A stretch of DNA of 64,000 bases, taken from the IMG/VR virus record IMGVR_UViG_3300029705_000041. One strand, written 5' to 3'. Of the stretch, positions 1 to 10,550 are shown piece by piece (the first letter of the stretch is position 1; every line of letters begins with the position of its first letter). Below the pieces are notes generated by a model. That model did not search any database and was not told the DNA's origin. It saw only the letters and a program-made list of their open reading frames with translations. Position numbers and translations under genes: made by a program. This DNA is from a virus (taxonomy: Duplodnaviria > Caudoviricetes).

Positions 1-21
1 CAAATTCAGTACGAAAGATAT

Positions 22-426
22 TTGATGAATGAACTTATTAAAGAACTTGCTAATAATATTCCAACCTTGTATGTATTCAGTCTTGGAGAAGATGAAATAA
101 TTTTACATACAGAAGATTGCGGGTATTGTTTAAGTAAGTTTTACGAAGTGTTAGAAAACCATCCGCTCGGAAAATATATCAGATTAACCATGTTTGATTT
201 ATATAAAATTAAAGGCACTGATGGTTGGATGAAATACATATATAATTTTGATGCAGATTCTGATGTTGATGACAAAGTGGAATTCAAATGTTTAAATGCA
301 GAAATATTCCACCAAATTATTAAACATTATTATAATGAGGTGATAACACCAAATGATTTGGTTTTTTATCACAATGGAGAACTTGCTGCATATTTAAAGG
401 AAGTGGATAATCCATGGAAATCATAA
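22..426 (+). CDS. hypothetical protein
   Basis: 134-aa ORF overlapping the start of cca; no recognisable motif. Confidence 0.6.
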   Translation: MMNELIKELANNIPTLYVFSLGEDEIILHTEDCGYCLSKFYEVLENHPLGKYIRLTMFDLYKIKGTDGWMKYIYNFDADSDVDDKVEFKCLNAEIFHQIIKHYYNEVITPNDLVFYHNGELAAYLKEVDNPWKS

Positions 427-1664
427 AATTACCAGAATCGGTTCAATACATACTTAGTCGGCTCAATAAAAACAATTATGAAGCATATGTGGTGGGTGGA
501 TGTGTAAGAGATAGTTTAATGAAAAGAATACCGCATGATTGGGATATTTGCACATCCGCTCTGCCGGAGCAAGTAATGGAAATATTTAACGAACATCAGA
601 TAATTCCTACAGGTTTAAAGCATGGTACGGTCACAATAGTAATTGACAAGGAACCGTTTGAAGTAACAACATATCGAATTGATGGTGAATATGAAGATAA
701 TAGACATCCCAAAAATGTTGTTTATACTAAAAGTTTGCATGAAGATTTAATGCGTAGAGATTTTACAATAAATGCACTGGCTTACAATCCAACTGAAGGT
801 ATAATAGATATTGTTGGCGGAATTAAGGACATTAAAAATAAGACAATAAGATGTGTTGGTAATTCAGGAGAACGTTTTAGAGAAGATGCTTTACGTATGT
901 TAAGAGCTATTCGTTTTGCGGCAAGGTACTCTTTTAGAATTCATCATAAAACCATATTCTCTATTCTTGCAAATAAAGAGTTGTTAAAGAATATATCAAT
1001 AGAAAGAATAAACTCTGAAATAATGAAAACATTATCAAGTAATTATGTTAATTCACGAATTTACTATTTACTTGCAACTTGTGTAAAACAAATTATTCCG
1101 GAACTTGATAATACTAATGTGGTGAATACTAGTTATAAAGTGGAAAGGTCTCCGGCTGATATTTATGTTAGACTGGCTTTATTATTTAATTTTGACCAAG
1201 AAAAATTGTTGGAAGTTTTAAAACAATTAAGGTTTGATAACGATACTATCAAAAAAGTTTGTAGTGTATCTAAGTTAGGTAAATATATTTGTTTTGAAAC
1301 TGCTGCCCCATTTAATATTGAGATACATCAAGAAAACCTATACAAATACCTTGCAAGGATTCTTATTAAAGAATTAGGTAATAAAATGGCAATTTCATCT
1401 ATTCATTTCGCAGCACTTTTGCAAGAATATAAATATAACGATATTATTCGTCTTATAGATTTTGTAAATACTGAAATTGAAAATAATTCATGTTGTAGTA
1501 TTGCACAAATGCAAATAGATGGCAATGATTTAGTTAATATAGGTTTTTGTGGAATAGAAGTAGGGAAATGTTTAAATACTTTGCTTGAAGAAATTATGCA
1601 AGACAAATTAGAAAACAACAGAGAATGTCTATTAAAAAGAGCAGAAGAATTGAGGAACTTATGA
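414..1664 (+). CDS. cca: CCA-adding tRNA nucleotidyltransferase (class II, PolyA_pol family)
   Basis: VGGCVRD, DWDI, RRDFTINA and EDALRMLRAIRF motifs, ERI motif, C-terminal IDGNDL. Confidence 0.9.
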   Translation: MEIIKLPESVQYILSRLNKNNYEAYVVGGCVRDSLMKRIPHDWDICTSALPEQVMEIFNEHQIIPTGLKHGTVTIVIDKEPFEVTTYRIDGEYEDNRHPKNVVYTKSLHEDLMRRDFTINALAYNPTEGIIDIVGGIKDIKNKTIRCVGNSGERFREDALRMLRAIRFAARYSFRIHHKTIFSILANKELLKNISIERINSEIMKTLSSNYVNSRIYYLLATCVKQIIPELDNTNVVNTSYKVERSPADIYVRLALLFNFDQEKLLEVLKQLRFDNDTIKKVCSVSKLGKYICFETAAPFNIEIHQENLYKYLARILIKELGNKMAISSIHFAALLQEYKYNDIIRLIDFVNTEIENNSCCSIAQMQIDGNDLVNIGFCGIEVGKCLNTLLEEIMQDKLENNRECLLKRAEELRNL

Positions 1665-1987
1665 TTTATGAATGTAAAAAGTGTGGTCAAACAGAGGTAT
1701 TTATAAAGCAAGTTGGAAATCAAACCGGATTATATTGTTTAAAATGCAGTGCCTGGATAAAATGGCTAACAAAAGCAGAAATCAAAAAAGTATATGAACA
1801 TATTAAAGAGCAATATAATGACAAAAATGTTTCGATAAGAACATTTATAAAAAAGAATGGTACTACAATAATAAGATGTTCTGAATGCGGATGTCAGCTT
1901 TATAATTCAAATACTCCACGACCACAAGGGCAATTTGACTTAATCGGTGCAAAATATTGTCCTCAATGTGGAAAAGAATTAATATAA
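1661..1987 (+). CDS. zinc-ribbon protein
   Basis: Four CxxC pairs; ATG at 1661 overlaps the cca stop (ATGA) and follows a GAGG SD. Confidence 0.65.
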   Translation: MIYECKKCGQTEVFIKQVGNQTGLYCLKCSAWIKWLTKAEIKKVYEHIKEQYNDKNVSIRTFIKKNGTTIIRCSECGCQLYNSNTPRPQGQFDLIGAKYCPQCGKELI

Positions 1988-2005
1988 GAAAGGAAAAATG
2001 AAAAT

Positions 2006-2548
2006 ATGAATGGTGCATTAGTGGTAAACCTTTTTGGTGTCCCTGGAGCCGGCAAAAGTACCGGAGCTGCATACATATTCTACAAACTAAAAGTAAATGG
2101 AATTAATGCTGAACTGGTAACAGAATTTGCAAAAGATAAAGTATGGGAAGAAAGTAATGAAGTTTTCAAAAATCAATCTTATATTTTTGGAAAACAATCC
2201 TTCAGAATGACGAGATGTGCAGATAAGGTTGATGTTATCATTACAGATAGTCCTCTACCTTTATCTATATTATATAACAACGATAAGCGATTAACCGAAA
2301 ATTTTAATAAATCGGTAATGGATGTATTCAATTCTTATGATAACGTTAATTATTTACTGATTAGAACAAAACCATATAATCCTTCAGGAAGAATACAGAC
2401 AGAAGAAGAATCTAATGCTCTCGGAGAGCCAATAAAGAAATTACTTTCAGATAGAAATATCGAATATAAGGTTGTAAATGGAGAGTGTAGTGGATATGAA
2501 AAAATAGTAGATGAAGTTCTACAAATTATGAAAAAAAGAAAAAAATAA
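2006..2548 (+). CDS. P-loop nucleotide kinase (NadR/AAA_28-like)
   Basis: Walker A GVPGAGKST; EFAKD, ITDSP and GRIQ motifs. Confidence 0.75.
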   Translation: MNGALVVNLFGVPGAGKSTGAAYIFYKLKVNGINAELVTEFAKDKVWEESNEVFKNQSYIFGKQSFRMTRCADKVDVIITDSPLPLSILYNNDKRLTENFNKSVMDVFNSYDNVNYLLIRTKPYNPSGRIQTEEESNALGEPIKKLLSDRNIEYKVVNGECSGYEKIVDEVLQIMKKRKK

Positions 2549-2558
2549 ATTTTTTAAA

Positions 2559-2606
2559 AAATAATTCAGAAAAAGTATTGACAAACAAAAGGAAGTGTGG
2601 TATAAT
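2559..2606 (+). promoter_or_regulatory. sigma-A-type promoter with extended -10 and an upstream 16-bp motif
   Basis: TTGACA 2578-2583, 17-bp spacer, TG-G-TATAAT with -10 at 2601-2606; about 31 bp identical to the promoter at 27362. Confidence 0.85.
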
Positions 2607-2628
2607 AAATTCAAGAATTAAATAAGGA

Positions 2629-2832
2629 GTGTTCAAAATGCTATGCAGACATTGTAAAAAACAAATGAAACACGTATTAAGATTTGATAAAAATAAAATA
2701 TATGAATTCTATCGTTGTTCTAGATGTTATGCTGAAAGTAAAAAGCTGCCTTATTATTTTAAACAAGAAATAAGACAGAAAAAGTATAAAAAGATGAACA
2801 CTAAAACTGATAGCAGAGGTAAAAGGGAATGA
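2629..2832 (+). CDS. small zinc-finger protein
   Basis: Two CxxC pairs, AAGGAG SD, first ORF after the promoter. Confidence 0.55.
   Translation: MFKMLCRHCKKQMKHVLRFDKNKIYEFYRCSRCYAESKKLPYYFKQEIRQKKYKKMNTKTDSRGKRE
2768..2783 (+). promoter_or_regulatory. repeated motif AAATAAGACAGAAAAA (putative operator)
   Basis: Exact copies at 15528, 27411 and 34967. Confidence 0.55.
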
Positions 2833-3500
2833 GTAAGAAAAGAGCTTTTACAGGATTAACTTTTAATTATGTCATTGACCAAGTGTTATTGAAAGCTAAA
2901 TTCAAAACAATAGAAGAATTTCTGGAGACTATTTTTCCAAAGAACAATAATCCTAAATCGCCAAATGATAATAGCGAAATATCAAACATTCGTTGGAAAA
3001 AATATCACATTGATACACGTGATAGTGTTAAAACGGTTGCTGATTTAAAGATTCTTTTAATTAATGAACCGGATGTGATAAATCCACCAAAGAAACCACC
3101 TAAAACTTTGCAGCTAATTCGCAAACAAAAATATTCTATTGAAGAAGTTAAAGAGACTGTAAAAGATGTTTTGTTTGAAACAGATGATAAAAAGGCACGA
3201 ATAGAATTTGACGGTGATTATATTAAAGGTAATAGTCAAAGATACCAAACATTCTTTACTGATGGAGTTAAATGTTCTTGTTGCGGTATAGAGGGTAAGT
3301 TCTTTGCAAAAGAAAGACATTCAACTTCAAAATGCTATCATTTAAACTTATATGCCGTTGATGATAATGGCATAGAAATCCTTATGACAAAAGACCACAT
3401 TATTCCAAAATCCAAGGGTGGGAAAAACCATTTGAGCAATTATCAAACAATGTGTTCAGTGTGTAACTCCCTTAAAGGAAATAGAATGGAGAATGAATAA
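2829..3500 (+). CDS. HNH endonuclease
   Basis: C-terminal TKDHIIPKSKGGKNHLSNYQTMCSVCN; upstream CSCC. Confidence 0.85.
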   Translation: MSKKRAFTGLTFNYVIDQVLLKAKFKTIEEFLETIFPKNNNPKSPNDNSEISNIRWKKYHIDTRDSVKTVADLKILLINEPDVINPPKKPPKTLQLIRKQKYSIEEVKETVKDVLFETDDKKARIEFDGDYIKGNSQRYQTFFTDGVKCSCCGIEGKFFAKERHSTSKCYHLNLYAVDDNGIEILMTKDHIIPKSKGGKNHLSNYQTMCSVCNSLKGNRMENE

Positions 3501-4813
3501 TGTATTGTGCTTATATAACAACAATTCGTGAACTAAGGAAACATAGTAATGCAGATAGATTGCAGTGTGCAACGATTTTTGGCAATAACGTCATAGTTGA
3601 TATGACATATAAATCGGGGGACAGAGTAATTTATTTTCCTGTTGACGGTCAACTTGGAAAAGAATTTGCAGATGATAATAATTTAGTTCGTAAAAAAGAT
3701 GCTGAAGGAAATAATATTGGTGGTTATTTAGACCCTAATAAAAGAAATATTACAGCTTTAAAATTACGTGGTGAACAATCAGATGGTTTAGTTTTGCCGA
3801 TAACTGTTTTAAGTAAATACATCAATGTAGACACTTTGACAGATGGAGAGCAAATAACAGTATTAAATGGATATGAAATTTGTAAAAAATACATTCCGGT
3901 TGGAAAACCACGTTCACATACATATACAACAAGTAAAACAAGAAAAAATAAAAAGGAAGAAAAACAAAAAATTACATATCCGTTTTTTGTAGAACACATA
4001 GACACTGCGCAACTTGCGTATAATCAGTCTGCATTTAAACCAGGAGATACTTGCTACATTACACTTAAAATGCATGGAACATCTGCTAGAACTATGAATG
4101 CAGTTGAGGTTACAAAAAGAAAAGCAAATCCGATTGCAAAAAAAGTTTTTAAAGTTAAAGACAAAGAAACAAGGCAATATAAGTGCGTAAGTGGAACAAG
4201 AAGAACCACGTTAAAAAATTATGATGGTGGTTGGTATGGTAGCAATGCATTTAGAGAAAAGTATCATGAATTCTTTAAAGAAAGACTCCCAAAAGGCGCA
4301 GAAATATTCTACGAAATTGTTGGCTGGATAAACGAAGATACAACAATAATGGGTAGATGTTCTAACAAGCTAATAAAAGATAAAGAATTTAGTAAGCAAT
4401 ATGGTGACGAAACTATTTTCTCTTATGGTTGCAATATTGGCGAAAGTGATTGTTATGTTTACAGAATGACACTAACAAATGAAGATGGCTTTGCCGTTGA
4501 GATTCCTTGGGAACAAGTATTGATAGAATGTGAAAAAATGGGAGTTAAATGTGTTCCTACATTTGAAAAATTCACATTTACAACTTGGGAAGATTTAATG
4601 GAAAGAGTTGAGAAATATTATGACGGTGCTGACCCTGTAGGCAAAAGTCATGTAAGAGAAGGTGTCGTTGTAAGAATTGATAACAGACCGAGTTTTACTG
4701 CTTATAAACATAAGAATTTCAGTTTCAAATGTTTAGAGGGAATTATCAAAGATACATCCGATGCTCCGGATATAGAAGAAGCAGAAGAACTCATTATAGA
4801 TGAAGTAATTTAA
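3500..4813 (+). CDS. RNA ligase (DRB0094/Rnl2-like, N-terminal tRNA-binding OB fold)
   Basis: HSNADRL and LRGEQSDGL OB motifs; ligase motifs I (KMHGTS), III (YEIVG), IV (EGVVVR) and V (KHK). Confidence 0.85.
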   Translation: MYCAYITTIRELRKHSNADRLQCATIFGNNVIVDMTYKSGDRVIYFPVDGQLGKEFADDNNLVRKKDAEGNNIGGYLDPNKRNITALKLRGEQSDGLVLPITVLSKYINVDTLTDGEQITVLNGYEICKKYIPVGKPRSHTYTTSKTRKNKKEEKQKITYPFFVEHIDTAQLAYNQSAFKPGDTCYITLKMHGTSARTMNAVEVTKRKANPIAKKVFKVKDKETRQYKCVSGTRRTTLKNYDGGWYGSNAFREKYHEFFKERLPKGAEIFYEIVGWINEDTTIMGRCSNKLIKDKEFSKQYGDETIFSYGCNIGESDCYVYRMTLTNEDGFAVEIPWEQVLIECEKMGVKCVPTFEKFTFTTWEDLMERVEKYYDGADPVGKSHVREGVVVRIDNRPSFTAYKHKNFSFKCLEGIIKDTSDAPDIEEAEELIIDEVI

Positions 4814-4814
4814 G

Positions 4815-5384
4815 GTGATACCAATGGTTATTGAAAATTTAGAAAATATCAATAAAGAATACAACTTAATCTATGCAGACCCACCCTGGAAACAATCTAA
4901 GGGTGGGAAGAAAAAGGTAAGAAGCAACAGTAGCGGAAAAGACTTGGATTATCCAACTTGTAGTTTAGACGAAATTGAAAGTCATCTAAAAGCTGTAAGT
5001 GATAATTCAGGGGGAAATAGTATTTTGTTTTTATGGACAATAGATAAATACTTATTTGAAGCACAAAGAATAGCTGAAAATCTTGGTTATAAACTTCATG
5101 CACGCATGATTTGGGATAAGGTTACAGGGATTCCGGCGGCTTTTACAGTAAGATATGGTCATGAGTATTTGCTCTATATGTATAAAGGAAAACTTCTTCC
5201 GGTTGCAAAGGAAGAAAGAGGCAAAATACATACGGTATTTCGGGAAAGAGTTACTAAACATAGTAAAAAACCTGAAATAGCATACGAAATTATTGAAAGA
5301 TTGTACCCTGATACTCAAAAGCTCGAAATGTATGCAAGGAACACAAGAGCAGGATGGGATTCATGGGGCAATGAAGTTGTGTAA
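4815..5384 (+). CDS. MT-A70 family N6-adenine methyltransferase
   Basis: YADPPW, LFLWT, HSKKP, LEMYAR and GWDSWGNE motifs; in-frame G5 at 5010-5014. Confidence 0.9.
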   Translation: MIPMVIENLENINKEYNLIYADPPWKQSKGGKKKVRSNSSGKDLDYPTCSLDEIESHLKAVSDNSGGNSILFLWTIDKYLFEAQRIAENLGYKLHARMIWDKVTGIPAAFTVRYGHEYLLYMYKGKLLPVAKEERGKIHTVFRERVTKHSKKPEIAYEIIERLYPDTQKLEMYARNTRAGWDSWGNEVV

Positions 5385-5417
5385 ACAACAATATATTTTG
5401 AAAGAAGGATAAAGAAA

Positions 5418-8012
5418 ATGAGAGGTTTAACAAAAAACGAGGTACTTGATAGCAGACGAAGATACGGAAGCAATAAGTTACCAGAACCAAAACAGAAGAA
5501 ATGGTATGATTTCGCAAAAGAAGCATTAAGCGAAAAAATTACACTTATCTTAATTGCAATTGCAGCACTTCAACTTGTCCTTGCATTTGTTGGAGTTATG
5601 GAATGCTCTGAACCGATTATGATTATGTTGGTGTTAGGTATTGTAACTAGCATTGCAATCAGAACAGGATTAGGTGTTCAGAAGTCAGCAACAGAATTAA
5701 GAATGAAAACCGCTGTGCGATATTGTGATGTTATACGAGATGGCGAAGTGCAGACAATAAATAAAGATGAAATTGTTGTCGGAGATATTGTTTGTATAGG
5801 AATGGGTCAAGAGATTTTTGCTGATGGCTACATTATCGAAGGTAAGGTAAGTGTTAATAATGCAGCTATTAATGGTGAAACAAAAGAATGCAGAAAAACA
5901 CCGGTTGAAAATTATGTACATCAGAAAACAACTTCAACAGATGCATATACAAACCAAAACTGTCTTTTTGCCGGAACAAGCATTATGTCTGGCGAAGGAA
6001 AAATGATTGTTACAGATGTTGGTGTTAATACAGTGAACGGTGATACTCTTGTAAAAATGCAGACACTTGAAGCACCAAAAACAGCTCTTGATATAGCTCT
6101 TGACAATTTAAGTGAGTTCATTTCAAAGTGGGGAACCATTGCCGCAGTTATTACATTCTTTGTTCTAACAATTTCCGGAATGCTTGAAGTTGGTATGGCA
6201 AAATACTTTACAGGTAATATCTTGAATATTGTTCAGAAACTTGCTTCAAACTTTTCTGTTGCATTAACAATTATTGTTGCAGCAGTGCCGGAAGGATTAC
6301 CACTAATTGTAAAACTAGTAACAAAGCAGAATGTAAAAACTATGGAGAAGTCGAATATTTTGGCGAAAAATCCTGGTAAAATTCCTGAACTTGCTTATGT
6401 AAATCTGATTTGTACAGATAAAACAGGTACTCTTACTACAGGCATTATGTCTCCAAGAACAATTGTAGATTATTCAGGAAATGAAGTTCAGAGAGATACT
6501 GCTCTATTTGCAGAACTAAAGAAGAATATTGTATTGAATAACAGTGCAGTATTTGATTCGGATAATAAGATTACAGGCGGTAACTCTATTGACAGAGCTG
6601 TACTATCATTGGTTTTGCCCGCAGAAGCAAAAGATATTTCTGCTGATAATACATTGCTTGATAAGCAAGTATTTAACAGTATTAATAAATATTCTGCGTT
6701 TACAACCAGTGATAAGATTACATATTATAAGGGCGCTCCAGAAAAGATTATCGAATCTTGTGCTACAGCAATGTTAGCTGATGGAACGGTAGTTGATTTC
6801 AATGATAAGGAAGTGCTTAACAATAAGATTAAAGAGTTTACAACTAATTCCATTAGATGTATTGCTTTAGCGGTAGCTAATGAATGTTTGGTTGAAAATG
6901 AACTTCCTACAAATATGACACTTTTAGGAATCATAGGCGTTGTTGACCCGATTAGACCGGAAGTGCCAGAAGCAGTAAGAGTTGCAAACAAAGCAGGAAT
7001 CCAAGTAATTGAAATTACCGGTGACTGTATTGAAACAGCAATTGCAGTTGCAAAAGAATGCGGTATTTACAAAGATGGCGATATTGCTCTTACAAATGAA
7101 AAATTTGAAAAAATGAGTGATGAAGAAGTAAAAGCAATAATTCCTGGATTAAGAGTTATTTCAAGATGTTCACCTAATACGAAATTAAGACTTGTTACTT
7201 TGGCACAAGAAATTGGAATGTCTGTAGCAATGACAGGTGATGGAGTTAATGACTCTCCGGCATTAAAGAGAGCCGATGTAGGTTTTGGTATGCAGAGCGG
7301 CAGTGATGTCGCAAAAGAAGCATCAGACATCATTCTTACAGATGATAACTTTGCATCTGTTGTGAAAGCTGTTGAACTCGGAAGAACATTTATGCACAAT
7401 ATCATGATGTTCCTCGAATTCCAGTTACCAATAAATATATCGTTACTTATTTTGAGTATGGTTTATCCTATGTTTGCTGCCGGTTCAATTTTGGCATCAG
7501 TTCAGATTCTTATTGTAAATATTATCATGGATTCCTTAAATTCATTGTCATTCGGTGGAGAACCACCTAAAGATGAATATATGGATGAAAAACCGATTAA
7601 AAAGGGTTCAGGATTATTTATTCGTGGTGCAAAAGGTAAAATTGCAGTAAGCACTATTACATTTATTCTTGCTTATGCAATTCTGATATTTGCTATTCCT
7701 GATAAGTTTTTTGCAAATGAAACAAGTGCTTTGACAGCTCGATTTGCGTTGCTTTGTTTCATGGCAACATTGAATGGTTTTAATATTAGAACCGAACATA
7801 TTAATTTGTTTACAGGATTAAATAAAAATAAATTGTTTGTAAAGATTGCAATTGGTATTTTTGTAGGAGTAATTCTTACTTGTACTTTTGCAGGAAATCT
7901 TGTAAAGGTTTGTCCATTAGATATTACACAGTGGATTATAATTATGGTCTTATCATTAATTGTAATTCCTGTTGATAGTATAAGAAAAATTATAACAAAT
8001 AAAAGGAGATAA
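5418..8012 (+). CDS. P-type (type II, Ca2+-like) cation-transporting ATPase
   Basis: VPEGLP, DKTGTLT, KGAPE, DPIRPE, TGD and TGDGVND motifs, about 10 TM segments; TGES replaced by NGET. Confidence 0.92.
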   Translation: MRGLTKNEVLDSRRRYGSNKLPEPKQKKWYDFAKEALSEKITLILIAIAALQLVLAFVGVMECSEPIMIMLVLGIVTSIAIRTGLGVQKSATELRMKTAVRYCDVIRDGEVQTINKDEIVVGDIVCIGMGQEIFADGYIIEGKVSVNNAAINGETKECRKTPVENYVHQKTTSTDAYTNQNCLFAGTSIMSGEGKMIVTDVGVNTVNGDTLVKMQTLEAPKTALDIALDNLSEFISKWGTIAAVITFFVLTISGMLEVGMAKYFTGNILNIVQKLASNFSVALTIIVAAVPEGLPLIVKLVTKQNVKTMEKSNILAKNPGKIPELAYVNLICTDKTGTLTTGIMSPRTIVDYSGNEVQRDTALFAELKKNIVLNNSAVFDSDNKITGGNSIDRAVLSLVLPAEAKDISADNTLLDKQVFNSINKYSAFTTSDKITYYKGAPEKIIESCATAMLADGTVVDFNDKEVLNNKIKEFTTNSIRCIALAVANECLVENELPTNMTLLGIIGVVDPIRPEVPEAVRVANKAGIQVIEITGDCIETAIAVAKECGIYKDGDIALTNEKFEKMSDEEVKAIIPGLRVISRCSPNTKLRLVTLAQEIGMSVAMTGDGVNDSPALKRADVGFGMQSGSDVAKEASDIILTDDNFASVVKAVELGRTFMHNIMMFLEFQLPINISLLILSMVYPMFAAGSILASVQILIVNIIMDSLNSLSFGGEPPKDEYMDEKPIKKGSGLFIRGAKGKIAVSTITFILAYAILIFAIPDKFFANETSALTARFALLCFMATLNGFNIRTEHINLFTGLNKNKLFVKIAIGIFVGVILTCTFAGNLVKVCPLDITQWIIIMVLSLIVIPVDSIRKIITNKRR

Positions 8013-8018
8013 AGGAAT

Positions 8019-8597
8019 ATGTCAATTAGTTTAGTAAAAGGTCAGAAAATTGATTTGACAAAAGGAAACGGTGGTCTCAATAGCGTTGTTTTTGGATTAG
8101 GTTGGGACACCAACAAATACGATGGAGATAATGATTTTGATTTAGATGTTTCTGTTTTCTTGACGGATGCAACAGGAAAAGTAACTGGAGAGCAGGATTT
8201 CATCTTCTATAATCAGACTTCACATCCAAGTGGTGCAGTGGTTTATTCGGGCGATAATAGAAATGGTGAAGGTGCCGGAGATGACGAAACAATGAAAGTT
8301 GACTTATCGAAAGTTCCTACAAATATCGAAAAGATTAGTTTTGTTGCGACAATTCATGAAGCAGAAGCAAGATTGCAGAATTTTGGCATGGTTGATAATT
8401 CTTATATTCGTGCATATAACACAGATACAAATGAAGAATTGTTTAAGTACGAATTGAATGAAGATTTTTCATTAGAAACAGGTATTATTGCAGGAGAACT
8501 TTACAGACATAATGGCGAATGGAAGTTTGCAGCTGTAGGTTCTGGTTATGCTGGTGGCTTAACCACTATAGCACGTAATTTTGGTTTAAATATTTAA
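8019..8597 (+). CDS. terD: TerD family protein
   Basis: GLGWD, DLDVS, GDNRNGEGAGDDE, EWKFAAVGSGY. Confidence 0.92.
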   Translation: MSISLVKGQKIDLTKGNGGLNSVVFGLGWDTNKYDGDNDFDLDVSVFLTDATGKVTGEQDFIFYNQTSHPSGAVVYSGDNRNGEGAGDDETMKVDLSKVPTNIEKISFVATIHEAEARLQNFGMVDNSYIRAYNTDTNEELFKYELNEDFSLETGIIAGELYRHNGEWKFAAVGSGYAGGLTTIARNFGLNI

Positions 8598-8615
8598 TTT
8601 TAGGAGGATAAAAAT

Positions 8616-9188
8616 ATGTCAATTAGTTTATCAAAGGGTCAGAAGATTAGTTTATCAAAAGAGGTTGAAGGTTTAAGTAAGGTTGTTGTTGGTCTTGGTT
8701 GGGATGCTGCAAAGAAAGGTCTTTTTGGTGGACAGCATAATATCGACTGCGATGCATCAGCGATTATTCTTGACAATGAGGGTAAGTATGTAGATTGCGT
8801 TTATTATGGCAATACTTCTTCGGTTTCCGGCAATGTATTCCATCACGGCGATAATCTCACAGGAGATGGTGACGGAGACGATGAACAGATTACAGTAAAT
8901 CTCGCAAATATGCCATCAAATGTAGGCAAGATTGTATTTGTTGTTAATATTTATGCTTGTGAATCCAGAAAGCAAGATTTCGGAATGATTCAGAACGCAT
9001 TTATCAGACTTGTTGATTCTTCAAGTAGCAAAGAAATTTGTAAGTATAATCTTTCTGAAAATTATGACGGTAAGACAGCTATGATTTTTGCGGAAGTTTA
9101 TAAGCATGATAATGAGTGGAAATTCAATGCTATCGGTCAGGGAACAGTAGATAAGAGCATTTCTGAACTCACAAAGAGATATAAATAA
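8616..9188 (+). CDS. TerD/TerZ family protein
   Basis: GLGWD, IDCDAS, HGDNLTGDGDGDDE, EWKFNAIGQG. Confidence 0.9.
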   Translation: MSISLSKGQKISLSKEVEGLSKVVVGLGWDAAKKGLFGGQHNIDCDASAIILDNEGKYVDCVYYGNTSSVSGNVFHHGDNLTGDGDGDDEQITVNLANMPSNVGKIVFVVNIYACESRKQDFGMIQNAFIRLVDSSSSKEICKYNLSENYDGKTAMIFAEVYKHDNEWKFNAIGQGTVDKSISELTKRYK

Positions 9189-9202
9189 GGAGGAAACTAG
9201 AT

Positions 9203-9784
9203 ATGTCAGTAATGTTAAGTAAAGGTGAAAAGGTAGATTTAACCAAGAATAATCCTACTCTTAGTAAAATAAGAGTAGGTCTTGGCTGGGACACAAATCA
9301 GTATGATGGCGAAGCAGATTTTGACTTAGATGCTTCTGTATTTATGCTGAAAGCAAACGGCAAAGTTGGCAGTGATAAGGATTTTGTATTCTATGGTAAT
9401 TTAGCTCATCCAAGCCAGAGTGTTGTACATACCGGAGATAATAGAACCGGAGAAGGAGACGGAGACGATGAAACAATTAAGGTTGAATTGTCAAAAGTTC
9501 CTGCGGATTATGAAAAGCTTGTTGTAGTGGTTACTATTTATGATGCAGATAAGAGATTGCAGAATTTTGGTATGGTATCAAACGCTTATATTCGTTTAAT
9601 TGACGAAAATAACGGAGAAGAAATTTTACGTTACGATTTGAGCGAAGATTTCTCAACACAGACAGCACTTGTTATTGGTGAAATTTATAAGCATGGCAAC
9701 GATTGGAAATTTAACGCAGTTGGCAGCGGCTATAATGGTGGTTTAGCGCAGTTGTGTTCAGCATACGGTATCGAAGCAAACTAA
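9203..9784 (+). CDS. terD: TerD family protein
   Basis: GLGWD, FDLDAS, GDNRTGEGDGDDE, WKFNAVGSGY. Confidence 0.92.
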   Translation: MSVMLSKGEKVDLTKNNPTLSKIRVGLGWDTNQYDGEADFDLDASVFMLKANGKVGSDKDFVFYGNLAHPSQSVVHTGDNRTGEGDGDDETIKVELSKVPADYEKLVVVVTIYDADKRLQNFGMVSNAYIRLIDENNGEEILRYDLSEDFSTQTALVIGEIYKHGNDWKFNAVGSGYNGGLAQLCSAYGIEAN

Positions 9785-9797
9785 GAGGGGGATTAAT

Positions 9798-10550
9798 ATG
9801 ACAAACTTTATGTTTTTCGTTATTGTCCTGATTGCGGTAATTATTCTTATTCTTTTGCTTAATAAACCATTTCGTCAGCAGTTACTTGTCAAGTTTCGTG
9901 GACGAACAGATGAAATGATGAGACAGGATGCATCTACTCCTGAAGGTGCAAAAGACTATTATAATGCAGCAATTAGAGAAAAAGAAGATTTTTACAATAA
10001 GGCTTCTGCTACATATGCAGAAATCTCCGGTAAGTTAGATTCTACAGAAAAAGACTTATATCAAGCTAATAAAGATATTATGAAAGTCACACAACAGCTT
10101 AATCAGTGTATCGACAATAATAATGATGAAGATGCGATGACTTATGCAATGAAGAAAACAACGCTTGAAAATAAAGTCGAAGTTCTTAAAGAAACAATTG
10201 TTGAAATTAAAGAAGCTCAAAAGCATCAAAAAGAAGTTCGTGACCAGGCTGCTTCTGACTTACAAAAACTTAGAGAAGAAAAAGAAAGAGTAGTTTTCCA
10301 ACTTGAAGCAGATAGTCAGATAATTGAACTCCATCAGTCGTTGGATAGTATTGCTGCAAACAACGAAAGTGACAGAATGCTTGAAAGAGTAAGAGAGGGT
10401 GCAAAAAAGGCAAGAGAAAAAGCTGAAGGTAGCAGAATTGCTTATGAAACAAGTTCACAAGCGGCAGACCGTAGACTTGCAAGAGAAGAAAGAGATAGAG
10501 AGGCACGCCGCATGGTAGAAGAACTAAAGAGACAGAGAGGTAAACAATGA
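9798..10550 (+). CDS. PspA/IM30-like coiled-coil protein with N-terminal membrane anchor
   Basis: N-terminal hydrophobic helix, then about 220 aa of coiled coil with a PspA-like layout. Confidence 0.65.
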   Translation: MTNFMFFVIVLIAVIILILLLNKPFRQQLLVKFRGRTDEMMRQDASTPEGAKDYYNAAIREKEDFYNKASATYAEISGKLDSTEKDLYQANKDIMKVTQQLNQCIDNNNDEDAMTYAMKKTTLENKVEVLKETIVEIKEAQKHQKEVRDQAASDLQKLREEKERVVFQLEADSQIIELHQSLDSIAANNESDRMLERVREGAKKAREKAEGSRIAYETSSQAADRRLAREERDREARRMVEELKRQRGKQ

